Assembly: GCA_964016885.1 (NCBI GenBank)
Contig: OZ024743.1
Span: forward strand, 363,816,001-363,880,000
DNA from: Eledone cirrhosa
Lineage: Eukaryota
DNA length: 64,000 nucleotides
Reading direction: 5' to 3'
The notes below the pieces were generated by a model that saw nothing but the letters and a program-made list of their open reading frames with translations, did no database searches and was not told the origin of the DNA. This document shows, in pieces, positions 1-11,697 of this stretch. The position numbers were made by a program, and so were the translations under genes. How positions within the stretch are numbered: position 1 is the first letter of the stretch; each line of letters starts with the position of its first letter.

Positions 1-1140
1 GAAAATCTTGCCTACATTAGTTACAACTCAAATTACCCCAAATCCATAATTAAATCCATAGCACGTAGTATATCCCTCCGAATATCCCGCCTATCCTCAA
101 ACCTAGAAATCTTTAACGAGCATGCTGACTATTATAATGCAGCATTAAGTAGGGCCGGTCATAAAGATAAACTACAGTATATAGTGAATAAGGACAACAT
201 AAACAATCCTAGTAATTACTACTCCAACCGCTCACATAATAATAGGAATAGCTTGACTAGACATAGGATTAGACATGTAACACCTAGAGTAAACGGCCAA
301 AACACTAATAACGTAAACCCTAGAAACAATAGAAGAAACAGACAAAGAAAATACCTATGGTTCAACCCAATATTCAACTCCTCTATACAAACTAGACTGC
401 CCTCTACATTCTTTAAACTAATAGATAAACACTTCCCTATCTCGCATAGATATCACAAAATACTCAATAGATCTACTATAAAACTCTCTTTCTCAACAGC
501 AGCTAACACAGAATCACACATACGCAAGATCAACCACAGAAATATCTCAAGTAAATCAATTGCACCTATACATAAGCACAAACTCATCACAACATCACAA
601 CCACAAGCGCATACAAACGCGCAGCAGCAAAACCCCATTGGGCATATATCACAACCCACTTATAACAGGGTACTAAATAGGAATGTAAAAGCTGCACAAA
701 ATAGCGCCTCAAACTGCAACTGTCACCTCCCAGATAGGTGCCCATTGGCGAACAGATGTCTCGATTCGAGCCTGGTGTACATGTGCACTGTCATCTCGGG
801 TAACTCCACCTGGAATTACATAGGATCCACCGCGGGTTCTTTTAAGAAAAGATGGTATGTGCACAGGCACTCAATGAAAAACCGAGCACTTATGGGTTCC
901 ACCACCCTCGCCAGAAAAATATGGGAATTGAAGGACAGCAACGCTAGCTACACTATCAACTGGTCGAAGTTGTCGGCTGCTAAAACCTATAGTACAGGGA
1001 TGTCCTATTGCGGGCTGTGTGATCTTGAGCTATTGTATATCCTTAGAAATGTTAAAAGGCTACTTAATAATAAGTTAGAAAGATCTATCTTCTGCAGACA
1101 TAGAATAGCCACTAAATTCATAAGATTCAAGCCTCCGTGA
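1..1140 (+). mobile_element. Penelope-like retroelement (Naiad-type): RT thumb, CxCx5C linker and GIY-YIG endonuclease; 5' part lies outside the window
   Basis: Frame is open from base 1 (ENLAYISYNSNYPKSIIKS...YYNAALSRAG). Linker CNCHLPDRCPL; nuclease LVYMC...NYIGST...FKKRW..H; C-terminal CGLC..E. Clearly paralogous to the 60326-61723 ORF. Confidence 0.85.
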
Positions 1141-1468
1141 ATCGAACCAACATAACATAGCTTTAAATTAGGATACCTACTACCCACAGAAATATATTCA
1201 TTAAGTATACTATTTCCTTCACAAGTCTATACCACACAATTGTCTGTAAATACCTCATCTACCAACAATCTTACTCCTTCTCAGCTGCTGCAATCATTTG
1301 ATCCTAGATCCTAGTTTTTCTCATTTCACTACTACAATGTTACTTTACCTTCTTTTTGCCATAATTACAATTAGCACGCTTTTCTCTTTGCATGTATGTA
1401 TATTTTTGTACGAGTGTATATTGATGTGTATGTATGTGTCTATGTACACATATATGTGTATATATATT

Positions 1469-1542
<74 letters not shown>

Positions 1543-1913
1543 TAGATATATGCGTATATTAATTCGTTAACCTCTGTATTAACTCTACAACTATTGAGCT
1601 TTGACAGTGGTCCCACTCATGTATACTGTTGAAGATGAAGAGAAAGACTGTAAAAACTAGCTTATCTTTATAATTTAAAATTGATACACACTACGATACT
1701 TTTTGCCTTATGACAGCTGGTTTTCACGCCGTAACATTAGATACATTATATACCCCCCACCTAAGTAATGTCAGGGTCTCCTTAAATAGTTTATTGATAG
1801 CATTGTTGTAATAATTGTTGTTGTTATTGTTCTAATTGAATGCCATAACTACTCCATATAGTAGCCGTATTTTCTTTTCTTTTCTTGCCTGTGTATTTTA
1901 TTCATTCTCGCAT

Positions 1914-2019
1914 GCTCCGAAGATCTGACTGGTTGTAATTCTGTATTGGCGATCGAGTGACGCAAAATTAGGCGGATAGCGATCTCTAGACATACCAGTT
2001 CAGTGAAACAAATGTAAGC
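1914..2019 (+). ncRNA. Degenerate type-I hammerhead-like motif with long helix II
   Basis: GCT-CCGAAGA-[tctgactggt...accagttcagt]-GAAA-CAAATG-TA-AGC; one substitution from the CUGANGA core; lies downstream of the PLE ORF. Confidence 0.4.
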
Positions 2020-2244
2020 TATGTGATTAAAAACTTTTTTGTATAGCAAACCATGTAAACCTTCTTTCCTGATTTATTATTACTCCAAGTGTTTACAACA
2101 TAGGAATTACAGCATACCCGCAGCATCACTATGAAAACGCCTTGTTGAGTCAAACCAAGCCAAGCGTTAATATCATCCACTACCTGGAATACCATAACTG
2201 GACTTCACCTAAGTGGACTGCATTTAACTATTATTTGTTAATCC

Positions 2245-2298
<54 letters not shown>

Positions 2299-2592
2299 AA
2301 AGATTCAGAAACCTGACCCGGAGCACAGCCGTCGGGGTCCTGAATCAGTTCATATTACCCACTGTGCTACTCCAAGTATCGAGTACTCTGGTGCGTTATG
2401 ATCCACCTGGTATCTCGCCACACCTTTGTTATATATATATATACATATATACGTCGTTTTTGAATTTGTGTTGCAAGATTTCTTATCTGAAAACGTGTGT
2501 TGAAACAGATGTTGTTATACTTTGGGAGGGTCATGCTGCCAATAAAAACACACGCACCTGTAGATTTTCACTTCAATTTATTATAAATCTCC

Positions 2593-2806
2593 GGTTGGTT
2601 GGTTGGTTGGATGGTTGGTTGGCTGGTTGGCTGGTTGGATGGTTGGTTGGATGGTTGGTTGGTTGGATGGTTGGTTGGTTGGATGGTTGGTTGGATGGTT
2701 GGTTGGTTGGCTGGTTGGATGGTTGGTTGGATGGTTGGTTGGTTGGCTGGTTGGCTGGTTGGATGGTTGGTTGGATGGTTGGTTGGTTGGATGGTTGGCT
2801 GGTTGG
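2593..2806. repeat. Compound (GGTT/GGAT/GGCT)n microsatellite
   Basis: Direct reading; explains the GWLV/QPTN ORFs. Confidence 0.95.
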
Positions 2807-2938
2807 TTCAATAACCGGATGCTTGTTTATATATTGTCAAAGCTCTTTCGTCACAAATTCTATGACCATGAGACACACAGCACACAAAAACAAGATGGTG
2901 TAGGACAGAACAAAAGGGAGACACAAAATAAAAACCTA

Positions 2939-2981
2939 GTCACTGAGGAGGTCACAGAATGTTTGACGAAAGAACTTTGAT
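2939..2981 (+). ncRNA. Minimal type-I hammerhead ribozyme (PLE pLTR type)
   Basis: GTCA-CTGAGGA-G-GTCA(cagaatgtt)TGAC-GAAA-GAAC-TT-TGAT; a truncated inverted copy lies at about 2808-2867. Confidence 0.65.
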
Positions 2982-3076
2982 AATATATGAATAATCGTCC
3001 GGTTATCGATGAAAACCAACAGGTGTGTGTGTGTGTTTTATTGGTAGTATGATCCTCCAAAGTATAACTATAACTA

Positions 3077-3136
<60 letters not shown>

Positions 3137-3265
3137 CACACATATATATAATATATATATATGATTATCCTGGATGCAGTAATGGTTAATTACTACACTA
3201 GATAGAGTTGACGTACGGTGAAGGGTTACTCAACGAGTTATGATGTCTACCTGTTATTATTCATT

Positions 3266-3313
<48 letters not shown>

Positions 3314-3506
3314 AGATAAATTAACGGAGCCATAGACTCGTTATTCCCTGTAAATTATGTGCTCAAAGGAAAAGGAATCCTGAGCTCTTCAAAATACAAT
3401 ATGTTGAAAGGATAACACACTAGAAAGAGGTGGTTTCCCTGTTTTATTGATGGCACACACACACACTCTCTCTCTCTCTCCGCCTAGTGTGTTATCGTTT
3501 CTACAT

Positions 3507-3546
<40 letters not shown>

Positions 3547-4043
3547 GAGATATATATGTAAAGAAGATGAAAAGTATGTCATATTGTGGGTACGACAGCG
3601 CAGGTGAGAGATAGGGTCAGAGAAATTGAGAAAAGGGTGGTTAAAATGCGTGTTAGGTAGAAGGAAGTTCCATTCATCTGTATTATTTTTTACTACTGTC
3701 CTTATTGTTATTGTTGTTGCTACTGCTGATGTTGTTATTGCTGTTGTTTTTGTTGGTATCGTGAAAGGGACGTTGATGTGCATTAATAGTCGATATTAAG
3801 GGATTATTGAAACTATACGACAGTTTTGTTTGTTTTGTTGTTTTATTTTATTTATTATTATTTTTTTTTTCCTTGTAACGAGGGAACCATAAAAACCTTT
3901 TGTTGCTACTGTTGTTATTGTTGCTATCAAAGAAATAGTTTTAGTGGGGTGGTGGTGGTGGTTTAAGTATTATATACTCCCCCTGAAAGGTTAATTGACT
4001 CTCTCTCTCTCTCTCTCTCACTCTTTATATGCATATATGTGTA

Positions 4044-4074
<31 letters not shown>

Positions 4075-5309
4075 GAGAGTGAGAATGCGTATATATAGTT
4101 AAAGATAAAGAGGGATACAATAATACAAAATTTCACACTTGTTGGAAAAGAAAAATGAATGTTTCAACGTATCGAACATTAGTCCTTCACTATGAAAGAG
4201 CAAATTTCGCAGAAAGAGAAGGCTGGAAGGTTAAAAGGAAAAAGATTTTTGGATGGGTGCCGAGGCGGAGAGCCCGGGTCTATATTTTGAGTGTGCAGAT
4301 GGAGTGTATTTCGTGGTTCCATAGTTATCACTTATGCTCTATCTATACAATATTCCCCCTGTCACATATAATAGTCACATATGTAGGCATGAAACCAGAG
4401 TTTTCTAAACTCATGCTTTCACAACGACGAGATAATTTCTTTAGAATGAAACTTTCGTGACACATCAAGTATTGTTTGTGACAGGAAAATAATAAAATGT
4501 TTAAATAAACAATTAAATACCACACCATGTGTCTAAGTGTACACAGAGTTCTCAGATCTCAAATGCACTTCACAGCGAAATATTCGTTAAAATTTAATCA
4601 AATTTAACGTTAGAGACCCGAATTAAATGTTTCGTTATTTCCCCCCGGCACTCTGTGCTCTGAGTTCAAATTCTGCTGAGATCAACTTTATCTTTCATCC
4701 TTTGGGCGTCGATAAATAAAGTACCAGTTCATGGGCGGTGGATTGGTGAAATTGTTAAAAAAAAACCCAGGATGGGGCACGTTACAGTTCTGTACGTTAA
4801 AAGCCTATCACCGAAAAATCGATGACGCTTCTGCGAAGAGTTGCAATCAGTATACAATATCAGAAAAGGAGAAACTAATAGAAATAAAGTTTCCTTGGCC
4901 CGTTCTGGCGATCGGTGCCTTTTTCAAAAATAATTTCGTAACATACTGTGTGATTATCGGTAACACACTAATGATGTTGTCATGTTATTTCGTGCTCTCT
5001 GTCCGATTATCAATATATAGAAGTTAAATCTTTTTGTGTTTATCTCATTTGGAAATCGGTATTCTCATTTTTAAGACGCAATGTCACATTTTGAACTCCT
5101 TCACCGCACTCTGAATTGGCAAGACTTCACTTTGAACTGGCATGTCCTCGTTTAGAATTGCAAATACTGTTGTAGACAAAGTATTTTAGACGCCTGTTAC
5201 TATTACAGTAGAAACTCATTTGTATGTTACTTGCAAGGTTAGATTCCATTTAATACAATGTACAAATAGCTCTCTTCATACGACTGATTGGTCTGGGATT
5301 ATACAATCA

Positions 5310-5500
5310 AATAATAATTTTTCTACTTTTGGCACAAGGCCATCAAATACCCAGTACATTACTGGTACTTTATTTTATCGACCCCGTAAGGATGAAAGGC
5401 AAAGTTAACCTCGGCGGGATTTGAACTCAGACCGTAAAGGGACGTAACTATGCTGGAAAGAATGGCGGCCAACCCTCTACCAATACTGCCAATCCACCGT
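5310..5500 (-). mobile_element. tRNA-derived SINE, family S1 (~190 bp)
   Basis: Same sequence as the copies at 6140, 11505, 37360, 47265 and 56383; A-box-like TGGCAGTAT(C/T)GG and B-box GAGTTCAAATCC on the sense strand. Confidence 0.8.
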
Positions 5501-5614
5501 CAAATAATAATAATAATAAGCAATCCACAATCAAATAATAATAATAATAAGCAGTTTGGTGAGTTATGGATGATGCAGTAGTAAATGGGTAGCCTAATAA
5601 CACCATAGACTCTC

Positions 5615-5645
<31 letters not shown>

Positions 5646-5661
5646 CCCTCCCTCCCTCTCC

Positions 5662-5695
<34 letters not shown>

Positions 5696-5740
5696 GCGTT
5701 TCGCTTTGTTTTTGACCACAGCCGAAATACGATCTCGATG

Positions 5741-5798
<58 letters not shown>

Positions 5799-6028
5799 TA
5801 TCTATCCGTATGTCTACTAGTCTGCCTCTCCTTTCTTTTCTTGAACAAACAATTCTCAGAATAACAATAAACAAGCAGAATAGGAAGGAAACCAAGTGAA
5901 TAATATTTATTCAGTTGCGATAAGTAAATTATTTAAAGTCTTATGTCACAATGAATCTACAAGACTGGATATTTAATGTTTGTCAATTTATCGTAGCTAA
6001 TTAACTACCTTTATTTATTATAATATAG

Positions 6029-6325
6029 AGGTTTACTTTGCCTTTCATCCTTCCGGGGTCGATAGAATAAAGTACCAGTAATGCATTGGGTAATTGCTGG
6101 CCTTGTGCCAAAAGTAGAAACATTTATTTATTATAATATAGGTGGATTGGCAGTATCGGTAGAGAGTCGGACGCCATGCTTTGAAGCATAGAGTTACGTC
6201 CCTTTATGATCTGAGTTCAAATTCCGCCGAGGTTAACTTTGCCTTTCATCCTTACGGGGTCGATAAAATAAAGTACCAGTAATGTACTGAGTAATTGTTG
6301 GCCTTGTGCCAAAAGTAGAAACATT
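6029..6325 (+). mobile_element. SINE S1: 3' partial copy followed by a full copy in tandem
   Basis: 6029-6125 repeats the 3' half of 6140-6325; A and B boxes present in the second copy. Confidence 0.8.
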
Positions 6326-6681
6326 TATTTATTATAATATATAGCATGTTTGTTGAAGTATAAATTAGAACACGATGGGTGTGAAAAGGAAAGGCTGTTG
6401 CGTTTTCACCTCATTTAAAGACATTTAAGGACATATGTCAGACTATTATATCTAAGGTAATTAAAGTTTTCCGGACTATTTGCCTCATTTTTCTTACTTC
6501 CATTTCCTAATATCGCTTTCATCATTCCCATTACAATGTTCGGTGTTATATTGTTGAATACAACATGAATACTGTCTGTATTATCTCATGATTCATTTAA
6601 ACTTGGAAGCTTTGTTTCTATAATAAACAATGTGAACGTCCGAATCCACTACAATTCCAACTCATTGACAATTAGGAGCGT

Positions 6682-7230
6682 TCTTCTTCTTCTTCTTCTT
6701 CTTCTTCTTCTTCTTCTTCTTCTTCTTCTGCTTCTGCCTCTTCTTCTTCTTCTTCTTCTTCTTCTTCTTCTTCTTCTTCTTCTTCTTCTTCTTCTTCTTC
6801 TTCTTCTTCTTCTTCTTTTTCTTCTTCTTCTGCTTCTGCTTCTGCTTCTTCCTCCATTGAGGATGAAGCATTCATTTTGCTTTTTCTAGTGGCTCTTGTT
6901 CCATTTGATGCGGGAATGGTCGGAAAACCATGTCTCGCTCTCACGGAAGTGCCTCTGGCAGGTTTTTTTTACAGCTGGATGCCCTTCCTAACACCAACCA
7001 CATTTACAGTGTGGACTGGCAGCCTTTTCACCGTGTCTCCGACACGGCCACCTTACAGTGTGGACTGTTGAGTCATCGACACAGTGGACAGAACGGGAAA
7101 GAGAGGATGGGGTGGGGTGGAGGTGGAGGTGGGGTGTACATTGAGTTAAGAGGTGCCCATTGACTGTAGGTTTGTATGCAATGGTAGTCGGGTCTGCTGT
7201 ACAACTGCATGGCGCCAAAGGTCTCGATAT
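6682..7230 (-). mobile_element. SINE/RTE-related element with long (GAA)n tail
   Basis: (CTT)n at 6682-6850 abuts a body whose end (ccattgaggatgaagcat..ttttctagtg) recurs at about 14920-14970; contains aggaagggcatccagctgtaaaa. Confidence 0.5.
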
Positions 7231-7234
7231 ATAT

Positions 7235-10030
7235 CTTCTTCTTCTTCTTCTTCTTCTTCTTCTTCTTCTTCTTCTTCTTCTTCTTCTTCTTCTTCTTCTT
7301 CTTCTTCTTCTTCTCCTTCATCTTCCTGAGAGGGTCTTGGAGGAAGATTCTTCAAACACTCCTTCCAACAGGTCCTGCCAGAAGCAGCCATCGCCACCCG
7401 ATCCGGTTGGATTGCCAAGCGGGACCAACATGCTCGTGGATGTTATCCAAACATCTTACACGAGGTCTACCTCTGGGTCTCCTGCCGGTTGGTTTTACCC
7501 GTAAAATCTGTCCAGCAATTGTTTCCTCAGACATTCTAACCACATGTCCATAATATCTGAACTGTGGTCTCTCAATTCGGAGAATTTTCGGCTCTACCTG
7601 GAGTGACTCTCTGATCTCCGAGCTACGCACTCTATCGAGTAGCGGCATTCCAAAAACCTTTCGGAGGAACCCCATTTCGGCCTCTTGTATCCTTGATCCT
7701 AGTCTTTCGATCATTACCCACGATTCATTTCAATAGATACCGATTGGCACGAGTACCAAATTGAAGATAGCGAATTTGGCTTTTACACACACCCCCACCT
7801 GCTTCTGATTATCGAATGCTGAAGCTGATGGATTAATGCACCAGCTTCTGCAATTCTTGCACTTAATTCAGTCTCTGCCAACCATCACTCGTGAACAGGG
7901 CCCCAAGATACTTGAACTGCTCCACCTGCTTCAGTGGAACTCCTTTCACATGTAGAGTGCACTGCGTAGGATTTCTTATGAGGACAAGTGTCTCAGTTTT
8001 ACCGTCGCACTCAACTGCAAACCTACCAAGTGCAAGTCGGAGATCAGCTTCTGTCAAATTAAGTAATACCATGTAGTCTGCAAATTCCAGCCGACTGATC
8101 TTACGCCTGCAAGTCGTAATACCACTTCCAAACAAGCTGCGCATGTCAAAGCTATTCATGCGGATAATGAAGATGAGCTGTTTCATTACGCACCCTTGGT
8201 GATGTCCGATTCCCACATTGAATGGTTTCGATTAGCACCATTTATCCGAACACAAATACTCGTTCATTCGTATAGAGACATCAGGGCTACAAGAAGCTGA
8301 ACATCTATCCCATACTCCTGCAGAACCTTCCACAGCTGGTCCCGAGGAATGCGGACATATGCATTTTCGAGGTTTACAAAGCAAGAATACACCTCTTAGC
8401 AATACTCCCACGATTTCTCGATCTGCCGTAGTGTGAACATTTGGTCGACTGTGCTGCCTCCGGGGCGAAAACCACACGGTTTGTCAGCTAGCCTGGACTT
8501 GACAATTTCCCTATATCTCTTTGCCAGGCACTTAGTATAGACTTTATCAGGGAGGCTTAATAAGGAGATCCCTCTATAATTGGAACAATCTCTCTTGTCT
8601 CCTTTTTTGAAAACTGTACTTAGGACTCCCGATAGTCATTGTTTTGTTGTCTTTCCAGAGATCCATGCCACCCGGCTCACATGAATCAGCCAGAGAATAC
8701 CTTATTTATGTAAGGTTTTTAACATCGTGGGCTGAATTTTATCTTTCTCGGTGGCCTTGACACATTTGAGATTTTTAATTGCTTTTATGGCCTCAGCCTC
8801 AGAGAGGCTCCCACATACACCTCGTTTGCATCAGAAGATGCTGCTCTGGTCGGGTTTCTAACACCAGCAAAGTATTCTCTATATCTCGCGAGGATCCACT
8901 TCTTTGAAGAGAACCTCAGACGCGTTCCTGATAACAGGTGTGATGAAGGACTTCTTATTACGAAGTCGGTGGATGGCCTGCCATCACAGTTTCCATTCTA
9001 TTTCAACGCCATCAGTTTGTTCAGGAATTTCTCTGAGTTTGGATGGAATGATATATACATACCTGCTCCTGGCTTCCTTATCAACAAAGTTCTGCGCCTG
9101 CTTGTGCCGCAAGTGTAAGAAGGAAGACTTAATCCCAAGCCAAGCTGTGTAAGCGTCCTTCATTGCTCTGTTGGCATCTTTGACCTCTTGATAGAACTAA
9201 GTGGTCTTCAAGCCATCTGGGGCCACACCAAGCCTTTAACAGTGAAGCAGAAACTGCCTATTTAAACAGTCTCCTCTCCGTTCAACGTCCTCAGTTTGCC
9301 CAGGGAATTCTTTGAATTTAGAGGCAATACTATACGCATATCTGATCCTGACTTCCTTATCCGTCAAAGCTTCCCACTTTATCATGTAGGCCGACCTAGA
9401 CCTGCCAGTTTTGTGGGCTTCCTTGGCTTTATGTAATCTTAAATTGTAAATAACTAGATGGTGATCAGTTGACAACTCAACCTCTTTCTTAACACAAACA
9501 ACCAGTACGGAATCGAAGAGATCTGAGACAAAAGCAAAATAAATTATTGATCTCTGTCCCTGATTCCCCTTATGCCAAATATATTTATGGATGTCTCTGT
9601 GCTGGAAGGTGTTCTTAATCCATTGCTAGAACAGACGTTGAAAAAGGCCTCTCCATTCATATTTAGATCAGGATTGCTGTTCCTGCCAATGACTCTTTTC
9701 CATGTCAGGTGGTCAGTTCCAACAAGTGTATTTAAGTCTCCCATTAGGATATATGATTCAGTATTAACTACATCTAACGATACAGTGACTTCATCAAGGA
9801 AGGATCTGTATTCAAACTCCTTGTTTGGTGCATAAACTTTACCACCCTCATAGACATATCTTTCAGCCTAAGCTTCAAGAGGCTTATCCAATGGTAACCA
9901 GTCCTTAACACATTCTGACAATCGGTGTCTTGTTAGTATCCCCACTCCCACCTGTGCACTCATTTATAGCCTCAACTGAATAGTAAAGATTCCATCCTCC
10001 ATCCAAATCTACAGTACCAGAGCCACGGAA
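7235..10030 (-). mobile_element. RTE-clade (Expander/Rex3-like) LINE, degraded but near full-length, with (GAA)n tail
   Basis: Fragments: APE endonuclease (MGDLN..VG, STDHHLV), RT (GHHQGC, FADYMVLL, FKYLG), C-terminus EMGFLRK...YGHVVRM...RPRGRPR; many stops and frameshifts. Confidence 0.85.
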
Positions 10031-10169
10031 CGTCGTTGAGGAACCTATTCCTGGGAGGGCCGTGTTGGCAGTGTCTATTGACACGGCCTCTAGAAAGTAA
10101 GCAAAGATCTCCAAATTATCAGGTTGGATTCCCAAGTGAGATCAACCGAGAGGTATTATTCATTAACTC

Positions 10170-11030
10170 GTGCTCTACCTTTGAGTCTCCTGCCTGTTCG
10201 GTTTACCCGTAAAATGTGTCAGTCACTCTTTTCTTACACATTCTATCTATGATTGTGGTATCGAAGCTGTGATCTTTCGAGGCAAAGAAGTAATAATTCT
10301 ACCAGGAACGATTCTTTGAACTACGCATCATATCAAGTAACGTTACTCAGGAGACCAGTCGGCGGAACCCCATTTGAGACGCTTGTATTCGCGATCATAT
10401 TCTTTCGGTAACTACCAAATATTCATCACCATACGTACGAGTAGGCACAGATACCGAATTGAAGATAGCGATTTTGGCTTTTACACCTACCTCCCTTCTT
10501 CTGATGACCGAATACTGAAGATGGTGCATTATTAAACTAGCTGTAGCATTTCTTGCATTTAATTCAGTCTGCAGCTTTGCACCACTCGCGAAAATGGCCC
10601 CGAGATGCTCGAATTTTTCCACCTGCTTCTGTGGAACTCAACTCACATGCAAAGCGCATTGAGCAGATTTTTTTGTGAAGACGAATGTCTCAGTTATCGC
10701 AGCACTGATTTTCATTCCAGCCTTGCAGCACTCGGCAACAAACCTATCCAGTGCATGCCGAACATCACATTCCGACGAGTTAAGTAGCCCCATGTCATCA
10801 GCAAATATCTGATCCTACCCCTGTTGTCGTGACACCACTTGCAACCCTGCTGTGTATATCAATCTTATTCATGGAAATTATGAACAGGAGAAGTAACAAT
10901 ATGCACCCTTGGTGGAGTCGGATACCCACGTTCAAATGGTTCAAATTTGCGCTATTTATCGGAAAACAGATAACAGGTCATTCGCACAAGGAGTTCAAGG
11001 CATTTGAACCCAGAGTGCAGTGATCCAGAA
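10170..11030 (-). mobile_element. Second RTE/Expander-like LINE fragment (RT and C-terminus)
   Basis: EKFEHLGAIF...VGVKAKIAIFNSVSVPT; homologous to about 7500-8300. Confidence 0.75.
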
Positions 11031-11099
11031 CACACGCATTTAATCCGACACCCTAACGACTGATAATTAATCGTCTATTTTGTTTTTTTGTGTGTGTGT

Positions 11100-11385
11100 T
11101 GGACATCCGTCGTTTTCAACAACGAGTGCTCAATTTGATTCTATCAACGGAGCTGCCTACCCATGTATTAACGTGTAAGTGACTGAGCATTCCACACACA
11201 TGAGCACCCTTAACGTAGTGCTCAGGAAAATTAAACGTGGCACAATGTGACATGACTGGACCCTTGAATAGCAAGTACAACTCATTTTTGTCAGCTGAGT
11301 GCGCCGAAGTAACGAGAAATAAAGTGACTTGCTCAATGATACAACGCACCACCCGGTCTGGGAATCGAACTCACAGGCCAACACT
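11100..11385 (-). mobile_element. tRNA-derived SINE, family S2
   Basis: B-box GAGTTCGATTCCC then ttgagcaagtcactt on the minus strand; related copy at about 29520-29850. Confidence 0.65.
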
Positions 11386-11504
11386 TAGAGAGAGAGGGAG
11401 AGGGAGGGAGAGAGCGAGGAGGGAGTGAGAGAGAGAGATACACAGAGAAAGAAACAGAAAAAGAGATATAGGAAATGAGTGTGAGTGTATGTACAACATT
11501 ATTA

Positions 11505-11697
11505 TGGTGGATTGGCAGTATCGGTAGAGGATCGGACGCCATGCTTTGCAGCAAAGAGTTACGGCCCTTTGTGATCTGAGTTCAAATCCCGCCGAGGTTA
11601 ACTTTGCTTTTCATTCTTACGGGGTTGATAAAATAAAGTACCAGTAATACACTGGGATAATTGCTGGCCTTGTGCCAAAAGTAGAAACAATTATTAT
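11505..11697 (+). mobile_element. SINE S1, full copy
   Basis: Matches the other S1 copies; A and B boxes present. Confidence 0.8.

Noticed and set aside
2142-2980. ORFs with GWLV/GWMV or QPTN repeats
   Set aside because: Translations of the (GGTT/GGAT)n and (TA)n microsatellites
5310-5500. tRNA gene suggested by A and B boxes
   Set aside because: No cloverleaf; dispersed ~190-bp copies with a shared body indicate a SINE
6632-7553. Poly-L/K/E/F ORFs
   Set aside because: (CTT)n retroelement tails
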